DNA from: Candidatus Eiseniibacteriota bacterium | GTDB taxonomy: Bacteria; Eisenbacteria; RBG-16-71-46; CAZEPH01 | Length of the DNA stretch: 33,752 nt | NCBI GenBank assembly: GCA_044229145.1 | Contig: JBGATO010000041.1 | Location: 1-33,752, forward strand | Reading direction: 5' to 3' | Shown here: piece by piece, positions 1 to 8,437 of the stretch | How the letters are laid out: each line of letters starts with the position of its first letter | How positions within the stretch are numbered: the first letter of the stretch is position 1 | Notes under the pieces: generated by a model | What the model saw: the letters and a program-made list of their open reading frames with translations, nothing else | Database searches by the model: none | Told to the model about the DNA's origin: nothing | Position numbers and translations under genes: made by a program

Positions 1-73
1 GGAGGCGTTCGCGGCGGCTGGCGCGCGGCGCGCATATCCTGAGTTGCGCGCAGCCCGCCCGAGAGGAGACGTG

Positions 74-433
74 ATGACAAAAGCGACCCCGACCGCCTCG
101 CAGCTGATCGACCAACGCATCGCCGACCTCGGCGACTGGCGCGGCGAGACGCTGGCCCGCGTGCGCGACGTCATCCGCAGCGCCGACCCGGCGATCCTCG
201 AAACGTGGAAGTGGCGCGGCGTGCCGGCGTGGGAGCACGGCGGCATTCTCTGCACCGGCGAGACGCACAAAGCCGTCGTCAAGCTGACCCTCGCGCACGG
301 CGCCGCACTGCCGGATCCCAAGCGCCTCTTCAACGCGAGTCTCGAAGGCGGCACCCGCCGCGCCATCGACATCCACGAAGGCGAAAAGATCAACGCGACT
401 GCGTTCAACGCGGCGAAGACGTCACGGAAGTAA
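74..433 (+). CDS. DUF1801 (YdhG-like) domain protein
   Basis: ATG at 74 after AGGAG. The pattern 'IDQRIADLGDWRGETLARVR...WKWRGVPAWEHGGILCTGETHK..VKLT..GA.L.DP..LFNASLEG..RRAIDI.EG' is typical of DUF1801 proteins. Confidence 0.85.
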   Translation: MTKATPTASQLIDQRIADLGDWRGETLARVRDVIRSADPAILETWKWRGVPAWEHGGILCTGETHKAVVKLTLAHGAALPDPKRLFNASLEGGTRRAIDIHEGEKINATAFNAAKTSRK

Positions 434-539
434 AGCGCCCGGCGGTGCGCTCCACCTTTGGCGCGCTTTCGTTCGGGACAGGTGCGCTCCACGCTCGACG
501 GCATCGCCGATTCGCGGCGACAGTCACCGGGAGACGACC

Positions 540-1076
540 ATGGCGGCAAGTCTCAACGATTTGACTCCGGAGTTCCGTGTCCAGGTCGAGACGCTCGTCC
601 AGCACGCTCGCGCGGCGGGCGCGGAGATGCGTCCGTATTTCACGATCCGCGATCCGTTCCAGCAGGCGCGCCTGTGGCGCCAATCACGTTCCTCCGAGGA
701 AATCGCGCACAAGGTCGCCGAACTGCGCGCCGCGCAGGCGCCGTTCCTGGCCGACTGCATCATGTCCGTCGGCCCACAACACGGCGATCCCGTCACCAAG
801 GCGATCCCCGGCCTGTCGTGGCACCAATGGGGCGAAGCCGTCGACTGCTTCTGGGTCGTGAACGGCGGCGCCGAGTGGTCGACCGCGAAGAAGATCGCCG
901 GCGTGAACGGCTATCACGTGTACGCCGACGCGGCGGCGGCGGCGGGCCTGACGCCGGGAGGCCACTGGTCGTCATTCAAGGACTGGCCGCACGTGCAAAT
1001 GCGCGCGGCCGGCAGCCCGCTCTCGGTGATGTCGCTCGCCGACATCGACCGGGAGATGCGGGCGCGATTCGGGTGA
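540..1076 (+). CDS. Peptidase M15 family (L-Ala-D-Glu / D-Ala-D-Ala peptidase-like) Zn metallopeptidase
   Basis: Motifs R..Q..L, SWHQWGEAVD (SxHxxGxAxD) and GGHW...DWPHVQ; GGGAGA RBS upstream. Confidence 0.85.
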   Translation: MAASLNDLTPEFRVQVETLVQHARAAGAEMRPYFTIRDPFQQARLWRQSRSSEEIAHKVAELRAAQAPFLADCIMSVGPQHGDPVTKAIPGLSWHQWGEAVDCFWVVNGGAEWSTAKKIAGVNGYHVYADAAAAAGLTPGGHWSSFKDWPHVQMRAAGSPLSVMSLADIDREMRARFG

Positions 1077-1159
1077 GGGAAGCCGGCGCCTAGCCGGACC
1101 CGTCGCCTCGCCCACGCGCCCGGTTGCATCCCGGCGGCGGCTCCGCCATTCTTCGCACC

Positions 1160-1792
1160 ATGACCGATCTTCTCTTCGACCTCATCGTCTTCGATCTCGG
1201 CGGGGTGCTGGTGCATCACGACGGGCTGCCGTTCGCGCGACTGTGGAGCGGGAATCCGGACCTCAGCGGCGAGGAGTTTTGGGCGAAGTGGCTGGCATCG
1301 CCGGCGGCGCGCGCGTTCGAGGCGGGCAAGATCGACCCGGAGCTGTTTGCGCACTCGGTCATTCACGAATTCGGGCTCCAGGTGTCGCGCGAGGAGTTCC
1401 TGGCGGGATTCCAAGACTGGATCGGCGCGATCTACGACGGGGCCGATGATTTGCTGGCCGGCCTGCGCGGCCACGGCGCGACGCTGGCGACGCTCTCCAA
1501 CACCAACGCGGTGCATTGGGATCACGTGCTGCACGACATGCCGTTCATGGAACGCTTCGACATTCACTTCCCGTCTCATGTGACAGGGTTGGTGAAGCCG
1601 GATCGCGCCGTGTTCGACTACGTGAGTGAGTCGTTGGGGATGGAGCCGGGGCGCACGTTGCTGCTCGACGACAACGCGGCGAATATCGAGGGCGCGCGCG
1701 CGGCGGGTTGGCACGCCGAACTCGCGCACGGCGTCGAGGGCGCGCGGGCGGCACTCGAGCGCGCCGGCCTCGAGATCCGCCGCACCGTGTAG
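1160..1792 (+). CDS. HAD-superfamily phosphatase (YihX-like, subfamily IA)
   Basis: Motif I FDLGGVL, motif II LSNTN, motif III KP, motif IV LLDD...N..GA...G. Confidence 0.9.
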   Translation: MTDLLFDLIVFDLGGVLVHHDGLPFARLWSGNPDLSGEEFWAKWLASPAARAFEAGKIDPELFAHSVIHEFGLQVSREEFLAGFQDWIGAIYDGADDLLAGLRGHGATLATLSNTNAVHWDHVLHDMPFMERFDIHFPSHVTGLVKPDRAVFDYVSESLGMEPGRTLLLDDNAANIEGARAAGWHAELAHGVEGARAALERAGLEIRRTV

Positions 1793-1804
1793 CGCGGGTT
1801 CGCC

Positions 1805-4800
1805 ATGGCCACAGCGCGTTCCACCTCACAATCGCCTGCCGCGTTCTTGCGCGCGCTCGCCGCCGGGGACACCTCGCTCCAGCAGGCGCTGCGGCATCTG
1901 GCGGCGGCGCCACTTCCCTCCGGTGCGGCATTCGAGGGCCCCGCGCGTCCCGTGCTGCGGTGCAGTGGCGCGGCCGGCGCCGTGCGCGCGTTGTTGTGCG
2001 CCGAAGTGGCAACACACGCCGGCGCGCCGATCCTGGCGCTCGCCGCCGACGAAGACGACGCGGAGGCGCTGCGCGACGATCTCGCCTTCTTCCTCGGCGA
2101 TCCCGACGCCGTCTTGTACTTGCCGCCGCGTGACGTGCCCGCCTACGGCGACCGCCCAGGCCACGCGCTGGTCGAATCCTCGCGCGTCGAAGCGCTCGCC
2201 GCGCTCGCCACCGCGCCGCGCGACGGAAGGCGCCTCGTCGTCTCGACGGTCGCGGCGATGATGACGCGCGTGCCGTCGGCGCGGCATCTGCGCGAGGGCG
2301 TGCTGCGGCTGGCGGTCGGCGACGACCTCGACATGGACTTGCTCGGCGCCGCGCTGGTCGATCTCGGCTACGTGCGCGAGCCGGTGGTCGAGGAGTTCGG
2401 ACACTGGGCGCGACGCGGCGCCATCATCGACATCTACTCGTTCGGCTTCACGGATCCGGTGCGCGTCGAGTTCGATGGCGAACGCATCGAGTCGTTGCGC
2501 ACGTTCAGCGTCGAGACGCAGCGCTCGCTCGACCGCATGACCGCGGTCACCGTGCTGCCGCGGCGCGAGCTCGTCATCACGCCCGAGCGCTTGTCGAAGG
2601 CGGAGCAGAAGGTGCGCGCCGCCGCCGAACACGCGGCGGACGTGGCGCGCGGCAACACGCACGACGCCGAAGCACTGCACGTGCTCGCCGACCTCTTCGT
2701 GCACGCGGCGGATCCGGCCGATCCGGCGGCGGAGGTGCTCGCCCGCTGGGCGCATCTGCTCGAACAGGATCTCATGTTGCCGTTCGGGCTCTTGCCGGCC
2801 GACACCATCGTCCTGCTCGCCGGCGCGGACCGTGTCGCGCGCGCCGCCACCGATGCGTGGGACGAGGCGGTGCATCACCACCAGCAGCTCGACGCGGCGT
2901 ACTTCGCGCTCGGCGGGCCGGAGTCCTTGGTCGCGCCGCCCGACGAAATCGCCGCGACGCTCGCCGGATTCCGCGTCGTGGTGGCCGAGCGTCTCGACGT
3001 GCGGGCGCGGGCCGCGGCGCGCATGGACCTCATCGAGGAGCACCGCGGCGAGCACAGCGTCACGCACCACGGCGCCACGCCGCCGCCACCGCCCGTCGAC
3101 GAGATGCTGCTCTCGGCGCTCGGCGCCTACGGCGACGACAAGGAAAACGCGGCGCTGCGCAAGCTCGGTCTCGACAAGGCGCCGCTGCCCGACAGCCTGG
3201 ACGAAGGCGACGACGAGGAGACGGATGCCGACGTCGCCGAAGCCGACGAACCAGCGGCGGGTGCCGACGTCCCCGGCCGGTCGCACACCGCCGTGCATCA
3301 ATCCGGCGAGCACCACGCAATGGAATCCGCCGCCGGCGCGCACTTGATCGACGAAGACCTCGACGCCGGCGTCGAAAGCGATCCGCTGCTCGCCGGCGCG
3401 CTGTTCAGCGATGTCGAAGACTCCGAAGGCGCGATGCCGCTCGTGCTGCTCGACGCGCAGGTGCCGCACTTGCGCCTCGTCGCCCGCGAGCATGACGCCA
3501 TCAGCCGCGACATGAATCGCTTGCGCGCGCTGCTCGCCGAATACGAAGACGCCGGCTATGCGACGCTCGTGCTGTGCGAATCGGTCGGCCAGCGCGAACG
3601 CCTGCTCGAACTGCTGCCCGACACCACCGCGCGCATCGAGGTCGGCTCGCTCTCCAGCGGCTTCACGCTGCCCGACGCGCGTCTCGCCGTGCTCACCGAT
3701 CACCAGATCTTCGCCCGCACGTGGAAGCGGCCGACCAAGCGCCGCGCCAGCGCCGGCCTCAGCATGGCGGCGCTGCAAGCGCTGCAGCCCGGCGACTATC
3801 TCGTCCACGTCGATCACGGCATCGGCGCGTTCAAGGGCATCGAGCGGCTCACGCTCAACGGCCAGGAAACCGACTGCCTGCGCCTCGACTACCTCGCCGG
3901 CGATCGCCTTTACCTGCCGATCGACCAGCTCGGGCTCGTGCAGCGCTACGTCGTCGAGAGCGGCCGGCCGCCGGCGCTCAACAAACTCGGCTCCAACGCG
4001 TGGGCGAAGACGAAGGCGAAGGCGAAGAAGGCCATCATGGACATGGCCGACGAGCTGATCAAATCCTACGCCGTGCGCGCCAAGCACGATGGCCACGCGT
4101 TCGGTCCGGACAGCGTGTGGCAGAGCGAACTCGAGTCGTCGTTCCCGCACGTCGAGACGCCGGACCAGGAACGCGCGATCGTCGACGTGAAGCGCGACAT
4201 GGAAGCCGCCAAGCCGATGGACCGCCTGATCTGCGGCGACGTCGGCTACGGCAAGACGGAAGTCGCGGTGCGCGCCGCGTTCAAGGCGGTGATGGAAGGC
4301 AAGCAAGTCGCCGTGCTGGTGCCGACGACGATCCTCGCGGAGCAGCACGGCGCGACCTTCACCGAACGCGTCGCCGGTTTCCCGGTGAAGGTCGAAGTAC
4401 TCAGCCGCTTCCGCTCCACCGCCGAGCAGAAGCAGATCACCAAAGGCTGCAAGGACGGCAGCGTCGACATCGTCATCGGCACGCACCGCTTGCTGTCGAA
4501 GGACGTCGGCTTCCGCGATCTCGGGCTCGTCATCATCGACGAGGAACACCGCTTCGGCGTGAAGCACAAGGAGAAGATCCGCGGCATGCGCGCGCTGGTC
4601 GACGTGCTCACGCTCACCGCGACGCCGATTCCGCGCACGCTGCACCTCTCGCTGCTCGGCGCGCGCGACATGAGCGTCATCATGACCGCGCCGCGCAACC
4701 GCCTGCCCATCCACACCGAGGTCATCGAGTGGGACGAGCAGATCATGGCCGACGCGCTGATGCGCGAAGCCGATCGCGGTGGCCAAGCATTCGTCATCCA

Positions 4801-5788
4801 CAACCGCGTCGAGTCGCTGTACGCGATGGCGACGTTCATCCAGAAGATGGTGCCGGCGCTGCGCGTCGGCGTCGCGCACGGCCAGATGACGCCGAAGGCG
4901 CTCGAAAAGGTGATGCACGATTTCCTGCATCGCCGCTACGACATCCTGTGCTGCACGATGATCGTCGAATCCGGCCTCGACATTCCGAGTGCCAATACGA
5001 TGATCGTCAATCGCGCCGACTGCATGGGACTCGCGGAGTTGTACCAGCTGCGTGGGCGCATCGGGCGCAGCGCCGAACGCGCCTACGCCTACCTCGTGGT
5101 GCCGAAGGGCCGCGTGCTCACCGAACTCGCCGAGAAGCGGCTGCGCGTGCTCGAGGAATATGGCGACCTCGGCGCCGGCTTCAAGGTCGCCATGCGCGAC
5201 CTCGAGATTCGCGGCGCCGGCAACTTGCTCGGTGCGCAGCAGCACGGATTCATCGCGAGCGTCGGCTTCGACCTGTACTGCCAGCTGCTCGACGAAGCGG
5301 TGCGCGAGTTGCGCGGCCAGCCCGCCGCCGAACAGGGCGAACCGAAAATGGCGACCGACTACAAGGCGTTCCTGCCGGAGGAGTACGTCGCGCACGAGGC
5401 GGACCGCATTGCGCTCTACAAGCGTCTCGCCGACGCGCGCGAGGTGGAGGCGGTGGACGCGGTCGCCGACGAAATCCGCGACCGCTTCGGCGCGCTGCCG
5501 GAGCCGGCGCAACATTTGGTGACGCTGCGCCGCCTGCGCGTCCAGGGCAAGATCGCCGGCGCCAAGTCGATGATCGTGCGCCCGAACTGGGTGGAGATCG
5601 AGCTGCACCGCGACATCACGCGCCCGTTCGTCGAGCAACTCACGCGCGCCGTGGGTTCGGCGTTGCCGCTCGAGTGGGAGTTGGGGACGAAGCAGGCGGT
5701 GCGCGTGCGGCCGGGGGCGGTCAAGGGCGGCGCCGACGCGTTCGCGATAGCGAAGATGCTGGTGGAGGCGTTGCCGGCGCCGGCGTAA
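1805..5788 (+). CDS. mfd: Transcription-repair coupling factor Mfd
   Basis: UvrB-homology region (RRGAIIDIY), CarD/RID domain (GDYLVHVDHGIG), Walker A GDVGYGKT, DEEH box, TATPIPRTL, QLRGRIGR, TRG motif DLEIRGAGNLLG and C-terminal TRCF domain. Confidence 0.98.
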   Translation: MATARSTSQSPAAFLRALAAGDTSLQQALRHLAAAPLPSGAAFEGPARPVLRCSGAAGAVRALLCAEVATHAGAPILALAADEDDAEALRDDLAFFLGDPDAVLYLPPRDVPAYGDRPGHALVESSRVEALAALATAPRDGRRLVVSTVAAMMTRVPSARHLREGVLRLAVGDDLDMDLLGAALVDLGYVREPVVEEFGHWARRGAIIDIYSFGFTDPVRVEFDGERIESLRTFSVETQRSLDRMTAVTVLPRRELVITPERLSKAEQKVRAAAEHAADVARGNTHDAEALHVLADLFVHAADPADPAAEVLARWAHLLEQDLMLPFGLLPADTIVLLAGADRVARAATDAWDEAVHHHQQLDAAYFALGGPESLVAPPDEIAATLAGFRVVVAERLDVRARAAARMDLIEEHRGEHSVTHHGATPPPPPVDEMLLSALGAYGDDKENAALRKLGLDKAPLPDSLDEGDDEETDADVAEADEPAAGADVPGRSHTAVHQSGEHHAMESAAGAHLIDEDLDAGVESDPLLAGALFSDVEDSEGAMPLVLLDAQVPHLRLVAREHDAISRDMNRLRALLAEYEDAGYATLVLCESVGQRERLLELLPDTTARIEVGSLSSGFTLPDARLAVLTDHQIFARTWKRPTKRRASAGLSMAALQALQPGDYLVHVDHGIGAFKGIERLTLNGQETDCLRLDYLAGDRLYLPIDQLGLVQRYVVESGRPPALNKLGSNAWAKTKAKAKKAIMDMADELIKSYAVRAKHDGHAFGPDSVWQSELESSFPHVETPDQERAIVDVKRDMEAAKPMDRLICGDVGYGKTEVAVRAAFKAVMEGKQVAVLVPTTILAEQHGATFTERVAGFPVKVEVLSRFRSTAEQKQITKGCKDGSVDIVIGTHRLLSKDVGFRDLGLVIIDEEHRFGVKHKEKIRGMRALVDVLTLTATPIPRTLHLSLLGARDMSVIMTAPRNRLPIHTEVIEWDEQIMADALMREADRGGQAFVIHNRVESLYAMATFIQKMVPALRVGVAHGQMTPKALEKVMHDFLHRRYDILCCTMIVESGLDIPSANTMIVNRADCMGLAELYQLRGRIGRSAERAYAYLVVPKGRVLTELAEKRLRVLEEYGDLGAGFKVAMRDLEIRGAGNLLGAQQHGFIASVGFDLYCQLLDEAVRELRGQPAAEQGEPKMATDYKAFLPEEYVAHEADRIALYKRLADAREVEAVDAVADEIRDRFGALPEPAQHLVTLRRLRVQGKIAGAKSMIVRPNWVEIELHRDITRPFVEQLTRAVGSALPLEWELGTKQAVRVRPGAVKGGADAFAIAKMLVEALPAPA

Positions 5789-5791
5789 TCC

Positions 5792-5826
5792 TTGACGAAA
5801 TCCTCGGAAAGTAAGAAAGTAAGGAA
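5792..5826 (+). promoter_or_regulatory. Putative promoter/operator of the TA operon: TTGACG plus tandem AAAGTAAG repeats
   Basis: TTGACG at 5792-5797 and direct repeat AAAGTAAG at 5808-5815 and 5816-5823, in an AT-rich patch immediately upstream of the antitoxin. Confidence 0.55.
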
Positions 5827-5852
5827 GTGTGACTTTCTGTGAGGGTTCTATC

Positions 5853-6089
5853 GTGCTTGCCCGTCTGACCTCCAAGAACCAACTGACGCTTCCCAAGGCT
5901 GTCATCACCGCTTTCCCAGGCGCGAAGCTCTTCGACGTGCGTGCCGAGGCTGGGCGCATCATCCTCGAGCCCGTCCAGGTGTCGCGCGCGGAAGCCGTGC
6001 GCGACAAGCTGCTGAGTCAGCTCGGGCTCGGCGAAGAAGACGTCCGCGACGCAGTCCTCTGGGCGCGGGACCAGAAGTCATCCAAATGA
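5853..6089 (+). CDS. AbrB/MazE/SpoVT-family antitoxin
   Basis: GTG start after GAGGG. 'LARLTSKNQLTLPKAV...GRIILEPV' is a swapped-hairpin signature. The stop overlaps the toxin start (ATGA). Confidence 0.88.
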   Translation: MLARLTSKNQLTLPKAVITAFPGAKLFDVRAEAGRIILEPVQVSRAEAVRDKLLSQLGLGEEDVRDAVLWARDQKSSK

Positions 6090-6583
6090 GTATCCCGCGG
6101 ATCGTGTTCGACACGAACGCGGTGGTGTCCGCGCTGCTGTTCCGCGACGGACGCCTGGCCTGGGTGCGCGGTGCATGGGCGGACGGTCGTTGCGTGCCGT
6201 TGGTTTCGCACGCTACCGCGCGCGAGCTGCTGGCCGTGTTGGCGTATCCAAAATTCGCACTCGCTGAAGCCGACCGCAGAGAGCTGCTCGCGGAATTTCT
6301 GCCGTTCTGCGAGGTTGTCGAGGTGCCCGCGAACGTGCCCGGCGTTCCCCCATGCCGCGATCCCGCAGACGTCGCCTTCCTCGCACTGGCGATTGCCGGA
6401 CACGCCGACAATCTCGTGACAGGCGACCGCGATCTCCTCACACTGCACGACCAGGTGCACTTCGACATCGTGACTCCGGAAGAAGTCCGCGCGCGGCTCG
6501 GGGAGTATCCGGATCGCGTGCGCGATGACGAGTCGCGTCGTGTGCGGCGGAGCGCTCACGCACTTGTGGAGGCGATCGGTTAG
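6086..6583 (+). CDS. PIN-domain toxin (VapC-like, PIN_3 type)
   Basis: 'IVFDTNAVVSALL', 'EL..VL.YPKF', 'CRDPAD..FL.LA..G.AD.LVTGDRDLL'; translationally coupled to the antitoxin. Confidence 0.92.
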   Translation: MSIPRIVFDTNAVVSALLFRDGRLAWVRGAWADGRCVPLVSHATARELLAVLAYPKFALAEADRRELLAEFLPFCEVVEVPANVPGVPPCRDPADVAFLALAIAGHADNLVTGDRDLLTLHDQVHFDIVTPEEVRARLGEYPDRVRDDESRRVRRSAHALVEAIG

Positions 6584-6842
6584 GCTCGCGAGGCGGAGTA
6601 ATCTCTCCCATTCGTGATGTGCATCGCGAAGCGCGCGGCCTCCTGTCGCAAGGTCCGTCGGCGCCAGATGCGCGGCGCCACCGCTCCACTTCCAAGTCCG
6701 AACGCCCCCCTGCGCCCCATGTCCCACCGCCCGCCACATCACCTGCAAACGCGCTATCGTCGGAAGTTCCTGCACTGCTCCGCCCCCCCGCGGTGTGACG
6801 TGTTTGCCCGTGCGCATCGACGTGCGCAGGAAGGAGCGTGCG

Positions 6843-8357
6843 ATGAATCTGCTCCGCCCGCGGATGCTGGCCATCTGCGTGTTCATGAGTTGTTGTCTCG
6901 CCGGCTGCGGCGACGACACAGTCGTCAAGCCGCCGCTCGACGATCCGCTTCCTCCTGGCGACAACGTCGCGCTGCGCTGGAACGACGCGACCCTGCTCGC
7001 CATTCGCCAACTCAAACCGGGCCCGCCGATGGCGGCGCGCGCGCTGGCCATCGTGCACACGTCGATGTTCGACGCGTGGGCCGCATACGACGACCGCGCG
7101 GTCGGCACACGTCTCGGCGGCTCACTCCGGCGCGCGCCCGCTGATCGCCTACCCGGCCGCACTGCGAAGGCGGTGAGCTACGCGGCGCACCGCGCGCTGG
7201 TGGATCTCTTCCCGGCGCGCACGGCGGCGTTCGACTCGGTGCTGACGGTGCTCGGGTACACGCTGCCGGCCACCACGCCGGTGGCAGAGTCGCCCGAGGA
7301 CGTCGGGCGCCGTGCGGCGAACGCAGTGCTCGCCTACCGACACGCCGATGGCTCCAACCAACTCGGCGATCTCAACGCCAGCGGCATCGCGTACGCCGAC
7401 TACACCGGCTATACGGCCGCGAACCCGGCGGTGACGCTTACCACGCCCACCGGCTCGTGTCCGTTCCCGGACCGCTGGGCGCCGCTGACCTACGTCGACG
7501 CGATCGGCGCCACCGTCACGCCGGCGTTTCTCGCGCCGCACTGGGGCAACGTGGTGCCGTTCGCGCTCACCCGTGACGGCCAGCTGCGTCCGCCGCCGCC
7601 GGCGCTCTACGGCACACCGCGTTTCGCCGAGGAAGCCGCGGAGGTCGTGGCGATCAGCGCCGCGCTGACCGACAGCACCAAGGCCATCGCGGAGTACTGG
7701 GCCGACGGACCGAAATCCGAAACGCCGCCCGGCCACTGGTGCGTCCTGGCGCAAAACGTTTCGCGGCGCGACCACCACACGCTCGCCGAGGACGTGCGCA
7801 TGTTCTTCGCCCTCACCAACGCGGTGTTCGACGCGGGCATCGCGACGTGGGACGCCAAGCGCGTCTACGACACCTGCCGTCCGGCCACCGCCGTGCGCAT
7901 GCTCTACGCGGGACAGACGATCCAGGCGTGGGGCGGCCCGGGCCTCGGCACACGCGAGATCGACGGGGCGATGTGGCTGCCGTATCAACCCACGACGTTT
8001 CCGACGCCACCGTTCCCCGAGTACACGAGCGGCCACAGCGCGTTCTCGATGGCGGCGGCGACGGTGCTCAAGGCGTTCACCGGCAGCGACGCGTTCGAGT
8101 TCGCGTACACGATGGCGCCGGGCAGCTTCAAGGCGGAGACGGGGCCGGCGCAGGCCGTCACGCTGAGCGTCCACAGCTTCAGCGAAGCGGCGCAGCAGGC
8201 GGGCATCTCGCGCCTCTACGGCGGCATCCACTTCCGCGAGGCGAACGAGCAAGGGCTGCTGGTGGGCGCACGGGCCGGCGCGCAAGCGTGGGCGAAGGCG
8301 CGGAGCTACTGGGAGGGCACCGCCTCGGCGATGCCGGCGCTGGCGCTGCGGCGCTGA
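6843..8357 (+). CDS. Vanadium-dependent haloperoxidase (PAP2 superfamily), predicted lipoprotein
   Basis: ATG at 6843 after AAGGAG; lipobox LAGC; vanadate-binding motifs K-x6-RP (AKRVYDTCRP), PEYTSGHS and SRLYGGIHF. Confidence 0.88.
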   Translation: MNLLRPRMLAICVFMSCCLAGCGDDTVVKPPLDDPLPPGDNVALRWNDATLLAIRQLKPGPPMAARALAIVHTSMFDAWAAYDDRAVGTRLGGSLRRAPADRLPGRTAKAVSYAAHRALVDLFPARTAAFDSVLTVLGYTLPATTPVAESPEDVGRRAANAVLAYRHADGSNQLGDLNASGIAYADYTGYTAANPAVTLTTPTGSCPFPDRWAPLTYVDAIGATVTPAFLAPHWGNVVPFALTRDGQLRPPPPALYGTPRFAEEAAEVVAISAALTDSTKAIAEYWADGPKSETPPGHWCVLAQNVSRRDHHTLAEDVRMFFALTNAVFDAGIATWDAKRVYDTCRPATAVRMLYAGQTIQAWGGPGLGTREIDGAMWLPYQPTTFPTPPFPEYTSGHSAFSMAAATVLKAFTGSDAFEFAYTMAPGSFKAETGPAQAVTLSVHSFSEAAQQAGISRLYGGIHFREANEQGLLVGARAGAQAWAKARSYWEGTASAMPALALRR

Positions 8358-8403
8358 CGTGCCGGAAAAGTTGCCCGGCGACGCATTTTCTTCGCGAAGG
8401 GCG

Positions 8404-8431
8404 GTCACACGACCGCGACGTGCGGGACATA
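8404..8431 (+). promoter_or_regulatory. Putative ECF-sigma promoter GTCACA-N15-GGAC (copy 1)
   Basis: GTCACA at 8404-8409 and GGAC at 8425-8428. The same motif and spacing occur upstream of the ECF sigma gene. Predicted +1 at 8438 is the first base of the long stem. Confidence 0.55.
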
Positions 8432-8437
8432 TCACAC

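Noticed and set aside
3001..3470. Intein in mfd
   Set aside because: No N-terminal Cys/Ser block, no His-Asn C-terminal motif and no homing endonuclease signature.
1826..6007. 1393-aa antisense ORF and other long shadow ORFs (e.g. 14182-17088, 22169-25036, 8731-10230)
   Set aside because: They mirror well-supported genes on the opposite strand or in another frame; such stop-poor frames are expected at this GC content.
6794..6799. Other GTCACA hexamers (minus strand near 6799, 5833 and 1584) as further ECF promoters
   Set aside because: None is followed by GGAC at the 15-nt spacing.
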